DNA of 64,000 nt from Limisphaerales bacterium (lineage in GTDB: Bacteria > Verrucomicrobiota > Verrucomicrobiia > Limisphaerales > JAJOIW01): NCBI GenBank assembly GCA_965657355.1, contig CBFHOE010000006.1, positions 239,217 through 303,216 on the forward strand, written 5' to 3'. Every line of letters begins with the position of its first letter. Within the stretch, counting starts at the first letter, position 1. The notes under the pieces were generated by a model. The model was not told the origin of the DNA. It searched no databases and saw only the letters and a list, made by a program, of their open reading frames with translations. Position numbers and translations under genes: made by a program. Positions 9,993-20,779 of the stretch are shown one piece after another.

Positions 9993-12900
9993 ATGGAACG
10001 AGCACATCAAAAAAATCTAGAAGAAATCCTCGATCAAATTAAAGGCTTATACGACGAAAACAGAGTCGAACAAGCCCTGGAGGTCATCAGGGATTCAGCT
10101 CATATGGATTCCAGAGATGAGAATTCTCTCGGAAAATTAGCTGATTTTTTAGTTGGAGCAGGGGAATTTGCTAGTGCCAGAAAAGTGCTACTAAAATTAG
10201 TGTTAATAGCGCCGACACTGGAAAATAACTACCAGTTGGCCCGATGCTGCCACCTTTCTGGTTGGACGGACCATGCTACCATCATCTTGGATCGCATCCA
10301 GGAGTTTGAGAAAGAAATCCCGGCAAAAATACACAAGCTTCATGGGGATATTTTGATGGCACGTCAGGATTGGGATGGGGCGCTTTTGAAGTATTCCAAA
10401 GCGAATAAGCTAGATTCCGATGATTCCGAAATTCTGGCTAGTATTGCGAAATGTTCACGCCAATTAGGTATCCATCCAGATTCCAACCAGGGGAAAGAAT
10501 TTTTGACTAAAAGTTTGGATTTCGAACCGGATTTTACGGAGACAAAAGAGCCACTGAATCAGGCGGAGAATCCTCTGGGGCAAAAAGAAAACAGCTTCCA
10601 TAAAGAGGTAGAAAATAAATGCGAGAGGTTTTCATTTTGGCAGGGGCAGGAATACGACACTGATTGTGGAATTCCTTGTGAGCAAATACCGGAAGATTTT
10701 ATCTCGGTAGTAATTCCCGTCTGCAATCACGAGGCACTCCTCAAACCCCAATTGGAATCACTCCTGAGGCAAAATCTGTCTCGTGGACTTGAAATCCTCG
10801 TCGTGGATTATGGATCGATCGAAAATGAAGAATCGGTAGTCCATTTTTTTGATGGTCACAAATTTCCGGTGCGGTATCAAAAATCAGGCTCCAAAAATAA
10901 AATTGATGCCTACAACGCAGGGGCGAAAGGTGCTTCGGGTGAATACATCCTTTTTGCCCGACCTGGTGAAACACTTCGAGAAGACGCGGGTGTTAGGTTT
11001 ACCAAAGCTATAAGGAGCCGGGAGGGGGTTAAGGCCGTATACTCCGACTGGGCTCAATCATTTCTGCCTAATGACAACTTTATAAACCCAAGCATCGCTC
11101 AAACATATAGATACCAAGCCCATGAGAATCGGTTTTTATTACGATTTTTATTAGCTGCTGGGCCCTTATTGGTGGATAAAAGCTGGTTGGATGAATTGAT
11201 GTATCTTACCAAAAGCAAGTCCTCTCCATTTCATGAGTTCCTCTTAAGAACAGCTATTGCAGGCGGCGAGATCGTGTCAATTCCAGAGGTTTTAGGACTA
11301 AGGTATTGTGCTTCACATGATGATATCCAAAGTGAAATTGCAGAGCTCAATGAGCTAACAGAGTCATACATCAACGATTTCCCCATCGAAAGGATCTACG
11401 ATATCGATCCTGAAAACCAAGATGAGGTAGCTAATGTTTGGGTCGCCTTGGGAAATTGGATGCTTGATGATTACAGATGCCCTGCAGGAAAGTACGCATC
11501 TGATGAGATGGATTTAGCCGTCCTATGTTTCAAAAGAGCTCTGGATCACTCACCAGCACATGAAAGCGCTATTCAAAATTTGGCCATGACATCAACGGCT
11601 CTGGGCCAGCAGGATGATATTTTATCTTATGTCGACAGGTTACACTTAACGAAGAAAAAACATCTGATATCCAGTGTTAAAAAATACAGAAGAAATTTCT
11701 CCAAAGTGGAAATGGGAACTGCGTCGGGCGGTGGAGAATACCGCGATAAATGGACAGATAAAGTTGTTGATAGCTTTCACATAGCGGATGGGTGGCGCCA
11801 GGATAATACTCAGAAATGTATCGCTACACATCAATCCGACACACAGTTAACAATTCCAATTAGATGGGTAGGCACTTTTTTTGCTGATATAAACCAATCA
11901 TCAGTCGCTATAGAATGGGCTCAAAGCCTTTCTAGTCTCCAAAATGTTGGTATGTGTCATTGTGGAAATCAATACTCACGGCCATTTGTTCATGGACTGC
12001 CGCATACTTTGAGACAGCGTTTATATGCGATGAGTGAAAGATATGATGACCTCGACAAAGGAATAGCTATTTATCATAACGTGTCTGAGGATACGGAGTT
12101 ATTGTCAAACTCTGATTACCACATAGGTATAGCCAACGCATCATCCAGCAGTCTCTGTCCAGCAGTTGTTAAAATCTACAATCAATTTGATGAAGTCTGG
12201 GTCGCCAATTCGTTTTTAAAGGATATTGTCATTCGCTCCGGAGTCGAAAAACGAAAAGTCGAGCGGATACCACTGAGTTTTGACAATCACTTTTTTGCGC
12301 CTAAAAATATCGATTCTTCGATTCCATCTCAAAAAACAGATTTTCAGTTTTTAGCCATTGTCGACGATCCTAAAAGGTGTGGCTTGGATCTTTCCGTCCA
12401 AGCATTCTTGGAACAATTTAATACAAATGAAAGCGTCAGCTTGTTGGTATTTCCATGTGGCACTTCCACTGAAAGGCTCGAGAACATTAAAAGCATTCAA
12501 GCCACTTTATCCGAATATGTATCTTCCTCACACTCATCCAGAATTAAAATTATTGAAGACGCTATTCTTTGGAATGAATTACCAGAACTTATAAATGAAT
12601 CAGATTGTGTCGTATTGCCGTATCGTTTTGAGGCTTACGGTATGGAAGTGGTTCGAGCGATTGGATGTGGCCGGCCTGTCATAAGCACAAACCATGGCGG
12701 GGTGGGTGAACTTTTGGAGAGTGGGAATATTGAGCTCATTTCACATTCTCCTCTTCATTCAAGCGAATCAACACCTGCAAAAAACGGATGGGTCGAGCCA
12801 TCATTGGAGGAGCTCAAACAATCATTGATAAACGTTGTCAATGATCCCGATTTATTTTTTAAAAGAGCTGGGGCGGCTGCCGTCGGGCTGACAAATTTAT

Positions 12901-15557
12901 ACGGCCAGATTGTTGTTGAGAAAATATTGGAGAACAAATTATCTCAGATTGAGGCTAAGTTAGCCAATCCAACACTAGAGCCAATTTCCATGCAGCCGGA
13001 GGATTATCAGATTGTTGATTTGGAGCATGCGAATGAAACTTCAGAGAGACCAAATAATCAGGATGTCTTCTTCGAAGGCGAGATGGTCGGGCAAGACACA
13101 TCGGCGAGGTTTAACAACCAATTCCTTACCCATTTGGATGCATGCCATCACATCAATGTCTCACGCTTGAGTCAGGACTCCGAAAGCATGAAATCTGATC
13201 AAAGGTTATTAATCAGGAATTTATCTTCTCAAAAATTTTTAAAACCAAGCCATGGTCTTCGTTGGGTCCACATGGCCGATTGGAGTTTTAGTCGCATACC
13301 TCAGGACTGGGTTCAAAGGCTTGAAAATGCAGATGACATTTGGGTTACTTCGGAATTCCAGAGAAGAGCCTATGTCGATTCAGGCGTTGATCCATCAAAG
13401 CTCACACTTATTCCTGTCGGTATTGATACCGATATTTTTAATCCAGGCGCGGAGCCCATAAAATTAAATGCCAAAAAGGTTTATCGATTTCTTTATATCG
13501 GCAAAGGGGAATGGGGCGGCGGTGTCGACCTTTTGCTAAATTCTTTCTATGAAAGTTTCAAGGGGAAGTCTAATGTTGAACTCGTTCTCGTCGATGCTGG
13601 TTCGGGGGATGGGCAAACAAGCTTAAGAGGGCTTGCTGATCAATTCTCGGCAAAGCCGGATGCTCCTTCGATCAATTATATGATCGGTGATTTCACAGAT
13701 GCTGAATTTGCCTCGTTATACACAGCCTGTGATTGTTTTGTATCTCCTCATCGTTGTGAGTCGTATGGAATGAGAGTCCTTGAAGCAATGTCCTGCGGGC
13801 TACCAGTGATTGTAACCGGCGGAGGTTCTACTGATGATTTTGTTGGTGATAATGTTGGGTATAGAGTTCCAGCTTATCGGCGTAGGGTGGGTAATAATGA
13901 CACCCACCCGAAGCTCGCCGGGCCTGGATTTTATTTGGAAGCAGACATATCAGCTCTTGGTGCTGAAATGACTCACGTTTTGTATCATCCACAACAAGCA
14001 GCCGAGGTTGGAAAAAATGCCTCAAAATGGATTTTATCAAGTCGACGTTGGGATGCATCTATAAAAATAGCGTCTGAAAGAATCCATCTCTTATCAAAAA
14101 AGTTTGCCATTGGAGAATCCAAATCTGGAGATCGTGATGGGGCTTGGCAAAGCTTGGAGAACCTCACCGAAAAGGGGCCTGCTCAGAAGGCTTGGACCAC
14201 GATGTGCAGTGCTATTAAAAATAAACCTTTCAACCCTGATGCATGCCGTGGCCTTCTGAATTTATCAATTAAAAACAACTGGAATTCAACCGCTCAAACC
14301 ATTCAGAAATGGATGATGAAGTGGTTGGATACTGACGCAACTAGGATTGGATCAGAAGCTATCGAGACTAGATCGCTTGAAAACTCAAAACCTAATTGGG
14401 CGTCATTGCCATCCATCATCAGCGAGGAAAACCAGCCCCCCAAACTGACCGTCGCTGTAGAAGTTTCATCATTTAGTGAAGAAACCCGCAAAATGCTTCA
14501 GCCATTCTCAACCATGGCGCATCAAATTATCTTATGTGGGCATGGGGCTGGTCCGGATCCCTTGTTGTTAGATGACATAGAAGCTGAATGGACAAGCGTA
14601 GACACCAGTTGTTCCATTCAAGATCGTCGAAATAACATCGTTGATCAATCTTCAGGCGATTGGATCTTATTCCTTGAGGAAGGAGAAAGTTTTGATGAAT
14701 CAAATTTAAATTCCCTATATGGAGCGATGACTACGCCAAAAGTTATTGCTTGTTCTTTCCCGAAAATAACTATTTTGGGTGAGGGTAAAAAATCTAGAGA
14801 ATTTGCGCTCAGATTATTCAGAAACGCGCCGGGATTAATTTTCACTGGAGATATTTATGAACACCTTTCATGTGATTGGCATGACGTGTGTTCGAGATGG
14901 AATCTTTCTATAACACATGAACCAATAATTCTGTCTTCTCAGAAAATCTCGTACCAACAATTCACGGTGCAAAGGCGATCGATAAAAGAAGAGCTTAAAT
15001 CTTTAGTAGCGGAAAACCCATTAGACCTTCGACTTAGATTTAACTTGGCTGAGGAACTGAGTGTTTTTGATTTAACTGATGAAGCCCAACACCAGTATTT
15101 GAAAATAATTCAAATTCTGGCACAAAAGCAGTCAGATATTTGCTATGCTCCGGTTTTAGAGAATACATTCACTAGCCTTGCTGAGTTATTATTAAAAAAG
15201 GAACAATTTAATCAGATTGTCGATTTGTTCGACGAAGATCTCATCAGAATTCATGGTCTAACTTCATCAATGCACCATTTAAAAGCAAAAAGTTTTATAG
15301 GCCTGAATGAAACGGACAAAGCAACTGTCGAATTTTTAAAAGCCCAAGAGAAAAAACATATCCATTCACATGTCATGACCTGTGAAGAAATCGGGGAAGG
15401 CTCTCTCGAAGATAAAACAAGAGATCTCATTAATAATACCGACTCCTCCGTTATCTCCAATACTTGGGATAGGGGGACTCAATCTGGTCGGTCCACCGTT
15501 TCGATTGATGATGACGAGCGGCCCTCAGAAGAGGATTTTGTGCCTCTCTCCATGTGA
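9993..15557 (+). CDS. Large multidomain glycosyltransferase (TPR-GT2-TPR-GT4-GT4-GT2-TPR), 1854 aa
   Basis: TPR-like helices, ISVVIPVCN...EILVVDYGS (GT2), two GT4 folds (FDEVWVANSF, ADDIWVTSEF, ESYGMRVLEAMSCGLPVI), second GT2-like region (RNNIVDQSSGDWILFL, RLFRN). Confidence 0.85.
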   Translation: MERAHQKNLEEILDQIKGLYDENRVEQALEVIRDSAHMDSRDENSLGKLADFLVGAGEFASARKVLLKLVLIAPTLENNYQLARCCHLSGWTDHATIILDRIQEFEKEIPAKIHKLHGDILMARQDWDGALLKYSKANKLDSDDSEILASIAKCSRQLGIHPDSNQGKEFLTKSLDFEPDFTETKEPLNQAENPLGQKENSFHKEVENKCERFSFWQGQEYDTDCGIPCEQIPEDFISVVIPVCNHEALLKPQLESLLRQNLSRGLEILVVDYGSIENEESVVHFFDGHKFPVRYQKSGSKNKIDAYNAGAKGASGEYILFARPGETLREDAGVRFTKAIRSREGVKAVYSDWAQSFLPNDNFINPSIAQTYRYQAHENRFLLRFLLAAGPLLVDKSWLDELMYLTKSKSSPFHEFLLRTAIAGGEIVSIPEVLGLRYCASHDDIQSEIAELNELTESYINDFPIERIYDIDPENQDEVANVWVALGNWMLDDYRCPAGKYASDEMDLAVLCFKRALDHSPAHESAIQNLAMTSTALGQQDDILSYVDRLHLTKKKHLISSVKKYRRNFSKVEMGTASGGGEYRDKWTDKVVDSFHIADGWRQDNTQKCIATHQSDTQLTIPIRWVGTFFADINQSSVAIEWAQSLSSLQNVGMCHCGNQYSRPFVHGLPHTLRQRLYAMSERYDDLDKGIAIYHNVSEDTELLSNSDYHIGIANASSSSLCPAVVKIYNQFDEVWVANSFLKDIVIRSGVEKRKVERIPLSFDNHFFAPKNIDSSIPSQKTDFQFLAIVDDPKRCGLDLSVQAFLEQFNTNESVSLLVFPCGTSTERLENIKSIQATLSEYVSSSHSSRIKIIEDAILWNELPELINESDCVVLPYRFEAYGMEVVRAIGCGRPVISTNHGGVGELLESGNIELISHSPLHSSESTPAKNGWVEPSLEELKQSLINVVNDPDLFFKRAGAAAVGLTNLYGQIVVEKILENKLSQIEAKLANPTLEPISMQPEDYQIVDLEHANETSERPNNQDVFFEGEMVGQDTSARFNNQFLTHLDACHHINVSRLSQDSESMKSDQRLLIRNLSSQKFLKPSHGLRWVHMADWSFSRIPQDWVQRLENADDIWVTSEFQRRAYVDSGVDPSKLTLIPVGIDTDIFNPGAEPIKLNAKKVYRFLYIGKGEWGGGVDLLLNSFYESFKGKSNVELVLVDAGSGDGQTSLRGLADQFSAKPDAPSINYMIGDFTDAEFASLYTACDCFVSPHRCESYGMRVLEAMSCGLPVIVTGGGSTDDFVGDNVGYRVPAYRRRVGNNDTHPKLAGPGFYLEADISALGAEMTHVLYHPQQAAEVGKNASKWILSSRRWDASIKIASERIHLLSKKFAIGESKSGDRDGAWQSLENLTEKGPAQKAWTTMCSAIKNKPFNPDACRGLLNLSIKNNWNSTAQTIQKWMMKWLDTDATRIGSEAIETRSLENSKPNWASLPSIISEENQPPKLTVAVEVSSFSEETRKMLQPFSTMAHQIILCGHGAGPDPLLLDDIEAEWTSVDTSCSIQDRRNNIVDQSSGDWILFLEEGESFDESNLNSLYGAMTTPKVIACSFPKITILGEGKKSREFALRLFRNAPGLIFTGDIYEHLSCDWHDVCSRWNLSITHEPIILSSQKISYQQFTVQRRSIKEELKSLVAENPLDLRLRFNLAEELSVFDLTDEAQHQYLKIIQILAQKQSDICYAPVLENTFTSLAELLLKKEQFNQIVDLFDEDLIRIHGLTSSMHHLKAKSFIGLNETDKATVEFLKAQEKKHIHSHVMTCEEIGEGSLEDKTRDLINNTDSSVISNTWDRGTQSGRSTVSIDDDERPSEEDFVPLSM

Positions 15558-16351
15558 GCCAACTCAATATACAATGGAGTATTTTAGCGTGGATGAAATG
15601 GTGCTTTTCTCCCGTGCGGACCTTCTGGCCTGGGTTTAAAAAGAAATGGTCATGTTCATTCAAGAGATACGGGAAGAAAAGCCAAAGACATACATCCTTT
15701 TCAATAAAATCAAATTTGACTATATCTTGAACAATTGGCGGCTCTAGGAAGGGGTAGGCGATAGAATAGGAATTCTATTACCAAGAATTATCTTCGACTC
15801 AGGGATCCTTGTGCTGATGCTCCTGGTCAAAAGACAGTCGTTTCGAGAATGGGCTTTCAAGGCGTCAGGCAGGCAAAAAAATTCAGAGGATTTTTGAAAA
15901 ATAAATAGTGATGAATAAGACAATAAATTATTGTCTGTAAAACCAGCCACAGAAGATCGGGCTCTCATTCTTCATGGCGTCGTATGGTTCATAGGAAAAC
16001 AATATCCGAATCCTTATTTTCCCAACTACAAATCCATATCGGCATTCTGGTCTTAATCGCTTGTAGAAAAAAATAAGCTACCGTGCATCTGGAAAATCAG
16101 AGACGTAATCAGCAATTATCCCCTTAACGTTAAAACTTCGTGTTTGGTTTCTTAAGGGATATTTCAACGGTTTATCCGTCTTACCGTCTTACGTCAAAAG
16201 ACGTATATTGTGCCAGGCAAAAGATTTAATCTTATTTCAAAAACTGTTTAAAAAGGAATGAGCTGGATAAGAATTATGGGTTAGACTTAACTTTTTTGCG
16301 AAAATGGGCTATATTTATCTATTCTGATTATCACATTGAGAACCACTTATT

Positions 16352-17107
16352 ATGCGCAACCAATTTCAATCACAAAGATATGAGTATAAATATCAAATTG
16401 AGAATAGCACTGCGCTGCAGATTAGAAACTTTCTGGGGGCTTATTTAGATTTGGATGAGTATGGGGCATCAATGCCAAATTTTTCCTACCCAGTCCATAG
16501 CCTGTATTTTGATTCAGATCGCTTGGATCTCTTTCACTCGACCATCAATGGCGACAAAAATAGATACAAGCTTAGAGTGAGGTTTTACGAAAATAGGCCG
16601 GGAGCTCCTGTATTTTTTGAGATTAAGAGCAGAATGAATAACACCATCTCAAAATCTCGCGGAGGTGTTTTGAGAGAAGCTGTGCCCGTCGTTGTTTCTG
16701 GATCCATACCTTCACGGGAAGACTTTATGTCCCAAGATCCATCGCAAATTTTCGCTATTGAAGATTTTATTCGCCTTGCCCAGGGCATAGGTGCCAAGCC
16801 ACAAACCCATGTTTACTACTTGCGTGAGGCCTGGCTAGCACGGCATGACAATTCCGTAAGAGTGACAATGGACAGAAATGTTCAGTCCTGCGTGGAAAGG
16901 TCGCTGGAATTATCTCCCGAAATGGAAAGCCCGGTGTGGCCTTTTGGTAACAGGGTCATTTTGGAACTTAAGTTTACTAATAAATTTCCGAATTGGTTTC
17001 TCGAGTTGGTCCGTATTTTTAATTTGAAGCAGACTGGTGCTGCCAAATACGTGGACGGGCTCTCCTCAATGCAGGGAGAGGCATTGGAATTCCCTTATTA
17101 TGTTTAA
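16352..17107 (+). CDS. VTC (polyphosphate polymerase/CYTH-like) domain protein
   Basis: RYEYKY, SLYFDS, RYKLRVRFY, FFEIK, YLREA, VRVTMD, VILELKF, AKY. Confidence 0.9.
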   Translation: MRNQFQSQRYEYKYQIENSTALQIRNFLGAYLDLDEYGASMPNFSYPVHSLYFDSDRLDLFHSTINGDKNRYKLRVRFYENRPGAPVFFEIKSRMNNTISKSRGGVLREAVPVVVSGSIPSREDFMSQDPSQIFAIEDFIRLAQGIGAKPQTHVYYLREAWLARHDNSVRVTMDRNVQSCVERSLELSPEMESPVWPFGNRVILELKFTNKFPNWFLELVRIFNLKQTGAAKYVDGLSSMQGEALEFPYYV

Positions 17108-17183
17108 ATAGTAGACTTGTGTGATTTGTCACTAAAATGTAACTTTCGACAGAAATTAAACGTCTCAACGCGTTGAAACCACG

Positions 17184-17867
17184 ATGGATTGGTTGTTTTC
17201 AAGTGATATGGGCACAGTGCCCACAGATTTTAGAGGCCTTGGATTGGGTCTGCTCTTGGCCTTTGTTTGTGGCCAAGTTATGTCGTGGATATACATGCTC
17301 ACCCACACAGGGCTTTCCTATTCCAGAACTTTCGTCAATTCATTAGTTGTTATCCCTGTGATAGTGGCTTTGGTAATGCAGATTCTGCAGAATAGTTTAG
17401 TGACAGCATTCGGAATGATGGCTGTCTTTGCGATAGTTAGATTTAGGAATATTCTGCGAGATACACTTGATACGAGTTTCATACTAACCACGATTGTCGT
17501 GGGTATGGCTTGCGGCACCATGAAATTTGCCTCAGCCGCTTTTGGTACTGCACTTGTCAGTTTGATTTTAGTTTATCTTTGGGCAACTGAATATGGAGCG
17601 CGCCACAGATACGACGCCGTGGTGAATTTTCACTTTGAAAAGCCAAGCTCTGGTGATTTTGAATTTGGTCAATTGTTCACAAGGCATTTATTGAAAAGTT
17701 ATCTAGCCAATCAAAGACCCCACGATGGGGTTGAGGGTGTTGATTTCAGTTACCGAGTCCGCCTACGAGACCCGGAAAAGTTAAGTTTATTTTTGGATGA
17801 GTTAAGAGATTTCCCAGGCGTTTCTCGAGTAACAGGTTTGAGAGCCACTGACGAAAGTGAAGTTTAA
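17184..17867 (+). CDS. DUF4956 membrane protein
   Basis: SYSRTFVNSL, AFGMMAVFAIVRFRN, GMACG; several TM segments; usual partner of VTC genes. Confidence 0.88.
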   Translation: MDWLFSSDMGTVPTDFRGLGLGLLLAFVCGQVMSWIYMLTHTGLSYSRTFVNSLVVIPVIVALVMQILQNSLVTAFGMMAVFAIVRFRNILRDTLDTSFILTTIVVGMACGTMKFASAAFGTALVSLILVYLWATEYGARHRYDAVVNFHFEKPSSGDFEFGQLFTRHLLKSYLANQRPHDGVEGVDFSYRVRLRDPEKLSLFLDELRDFPGVSRVTGLRATDESEV

Positions 17868-18979
17868 TGAGCGAATTTGACACAGAGATAAATCAATCAA
17901 TAAAAACAGAGCCTATTAAAGTTCCTTTTGCTGTTCGCTTACGACAATTTCGAGCTGGCTTTGCACCTCTGATTGTATTCGTTTTCTCACTCATTTGCTT
18001 AAGCATTATGTGGAGTGACTTCCTGGCTCATCATCCAGTGGGTTTCGAGGGACGCATCACAGCGAAAAATATAGAAGTTAAAAGCCCAACATATGGTCAG
18101 ATAAAAGACGTTTATGTGAAGCCATTTCAGCAGGTAAGAGCCGGGGACCTTTTGATGGTTATATCCAAGTCGACGCCAAATTTTTCCGAAGCCGCTGTTG
18201 CGCAGTTGAAAGCTGAGATGGAATTATTCAAAGCCAACCAGCTGAATAACTTCAATGATACTGTTTTACGATTTCAGCGCTTAAAACTAGAGCTCCTGGA
18301 GAATAAATCCTCCTTGGCATCAAAGCGTATCGAATATGCCCAATCGATCCGCACTTATAAAAGGATCTTGGAGCTCGCCGAGTCCGACATTTCATCAGAC
18401 CAGGATAGTGAGGACGCACAAGCCCAGATGGAAAGCTTAGAAGCCGAGGTCGAATCCCTAGCCTCCCTCGTCGAGAATATTCAGAGCAACATGTCTTTAC
18501 TGGGAAAACAAATCGAACCGAGCTCTCTCAATCCAGAATCGCTGAGTGGTTTTCAGGCTGCCTTCGACCTTGCCGAGGCAAAGTTTGATCTCATGGAGGA
18601 AGAATATGGCCCGACAGAAATTGTAGCGCCCATTAATGGCATTGTGGCCGATTTTGTTTCTACTGCAGGTAGACGTGTTTTTGAGGGAGATCAATTGCTT
18701 TCTATTGAGTCAAATGTCGTTGATTCCATAGTTGCTTACATACCTGAACCCATAAGCACTTTTCCAGAAAAAGGAGATACATTATTCGTGAGTTTGGACA
18801 ATAGTCCCAAATTTAAAACTCAGATCCAAGCCGTCGGGGCTCAAATCAAGCAAATCCCATCAAGGTTCTCACCGACACACTCGCAGACCAAAAATCATTT
18901 TGGCCTCCCCATCCAATTATCTCTTCCCAGTGCCTCTCAGTTCGCTTTGCCGGGGCAAAAAGTATACATCTCATACTAA
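17867..18979 (+). CDS. HlyD-like membrane fusion protein
   Basis: N-terminal TM, lipoyl halves (VKSPTYGQIKDVYVKPFQQVRAGDLL and IVAPINGIV) flanking a coiled coil; 1-nt overlap with DUF4956. Confidence 0.8.
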   Translation: MSEFDTEINQSIKTEPIKVPFAVRLRQFRAGFAPLIVFVFSLICLSIMWSDFLAHHPVGFEGRITAKNIEVKSPTYGQIKDVYVKPFQQVRAGDLLMVISKSTPNFSEAAVAQLKAEMELFKANQLNNFNDTVLRFQRLKLELLENKSSLASKRIEYAQSIRTYKRILELAESDISSDQDSEDAQAQMESLEAEVESLASLVENIQSNMSLLGKQIEPSSLNPESLSGFQAAFDLAEAKFDLMEEEYGPTEIVAPINGIVADFVSTAGRRVFEGDQLLSIESNVVDSIVAYIPEPISTFPEKGDTLFVSLDNSPKFKTQIQAVGAQIKQIPSRFSPTHSQTKNHFGLPIQLSLPSASQFALPGQKVYISY

Positions 18980-19091
18980 AAATTGATCCATGAATCTGAG
19001 TTGCCAATGACTTCCTGATTATAAATCTGGTTGGACTGAAAAAACGTAATAAACGAATATTGCGAGGTATCTCAAAAGACGCAGTCTCCTC

Positions 19092-20765
19092 ATGGCTTTT
19101 TCAAAATGCCCTTTTTTGAAAAATTTATTGAGTCTTAGTGACAATGGAAGCGATGATGTCCTCTTGATTACGGGTAATCCAAATAAGATAGAATCAAAGC
19201 AGTGGACCCAATTTGTCTGGTTTTTTTGGGTTTTTGAATTAGTGGTCCGTCCCATTTTGGGAATCTTTCTCCCTATCGATTTAGCTGGGGATGAAGCGTA
19301 TTATTGGGAATGGGGACAACATCTTGATTGGGGGTATTTCAGCAAGCCCCCTGGGATAGCTTGGCTGATGGCGTTTGCCGATTGGGTAGGGCAAGGTTCA
19401 ACCCTGGGCATTCGACTCTTAGCATCAATATTAGGTATGGGTGGAGCTTGGTGTGTGGTGCTAATCGCTAAAAGGTGCTTCGGACATACCGCAGCAATAT
19501 GGATTGGCTGTGCTTGGATTTTAACCCCGGCAAATAGTGCTTTGCATTTATTGCTGACCATTGATGCTCCATTGGTGTGCTTCTGGTGCCTTGCACTTTG
19601 GGCGACTATTGAATGGATTGAACGGAAAGGAAGTTCTTTATCTCATGCCGTAATTATCGGAGTGGCAGTAATGTGCGGTATTCTCAGTAAGCAGATGATG
19701 CTCATATATTTTCCCTTATTAGTTTTTATTTTAATACTTGAGAAAGATTGGAGGCCTTTGCTGGCAAAATCACAAGTTTGGATTGCTGGGATCATCGGGC
19801 ATGTGGGTTTGATCCCTCCTCTATGGTGGAACTCACAGAATAACTGGATCACCTTCCAGCATACACTACATCATTTTGAATCAGCCCCACCAACCCTTAA
19901 TCAAAGAATTTCGAGGTTCTTTGAATTATTTGGTGCAGAAGCCGGGCTCGTAACACCAGTTCTATTTTTTCTTATTTTAGTTTCTGGCTTTAGTGTAGTT
20001 CGCCAATGGCGTGCTTCCGGACCTATTCTGCGTCTTCTGTGGTGGATGAGCTTTCCTGCCATTTTGGCTATGCTCGCCATGACTTGGAGACAGCGGGTAA
20101 ATCCTAATTGGCCAGCTGTATTTCTCATTGCAGGAACATTAATGGGTTGTGGTTATTTTTGGAAACGATGGGAAAACGATTTAAAAAGTAAAAATGATGG
20201 TGAACAAAAACCGCCCAAGAACTGGGTGAAAATCGGAGTCAAAGTTTCCGCCTCTTTCACATTACTGAGCTACCTTTTTTTGTGGCTTGTATCAAATGGA
20301 ATAGTCAATTTACCCGGTCTGGACCCATCTGCTCGCGTCCGCCAGTGGTCAAACATTGCTTATGATGTTTCCTCATCAGCTGAAAAGCATCTCCAACAAG
20401 ATCAGATAGAAGAGAAGTTTTTTTGGGTGGCCATCGGTCATAGGTTTTTGACGAGCCAGTTAGCTTTCTTTCTTGAGGGAAATCCTCGGGTTTATCGTTT
20501 TTCCCCCGAACCTGATATTCTCCGAAGTCAGCACGATTTATGGGATAACCCATCTAAGCTCATTGGACAAAATGGGGTGATCGTTGTCAGAGGGCAACCT
20601 GAGAATTTACCCAAAGAAATCGAGACCTATTTTGAAGATTTTAAGCTTCTCGAGATTATTTCTAATCCGCAAAGACGAAAAAAATGGAGGACCTTCAGTA
20701 TTTTTTATGGGAAGAACCTAAAGAATTGGCCAGAAAAAGATCTCAATAAAGCCCGCCACCAATAG
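19092..20765 (+). CDS. GT-C glycosyltransferase (ArnT/PMT_2 type); start may be slightly downstream
   Basis: DEAYYWEWGQHLDWGYFSKPPGIAW, TIDAPL, GILSK, WNSQNNWITFQH, NPNWPA; polytopic. Confidence 0.88.
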   Translation: MAFSKCPFLKNLLSLSDNGSDDVLLITGNPNKIESKQWTQFVWFFWVFELVVRPILGIFLPIDLAGDEAYYWEWGQHLDWGYFSKPPGIAWLMAFADWVGQGSTLGIRLLASILGMGGAWCVVLIAKRCFGHTAAIWIGCAWILTPANSALHLLLTIDAPLVCFWCLALWATIEWIERKGSSLSHAVIIGVAVMCGILSKQMMLIYFPLLVFILILEKDWRPLLAKSQVWIAGIIGHVGLIPPLWWNSQNNWITFQHTLHHFESAPPTLNQRISRFFELFGAEAGLVTPVLFFLILVSGFSVVRQWRASGPILRLLWWMSFPAILAMLAMTWRQRVNPNWPAVFLIAGTLMGCGYFWKRWENDLKSKNDGEQKPPKNWVKIGVKVSASFTLLSYLFLWLVSNGIVNLPGLDPSARVRQWSNIAYDVSSSAEKHLQQDQIEEKFFWVAIGHRFLTSQLAFFLEGNPRVYRFSPEPDILRSQHDLWDNPSKLIGQNGVIVVRGQPENLPKEIETYFEDFKLLEIISNPQRRKKWRTFSIFYGKNLKNWPEKDLNKARHQ

Positions 20766-20779
20766 AAATTTGACGAAAA

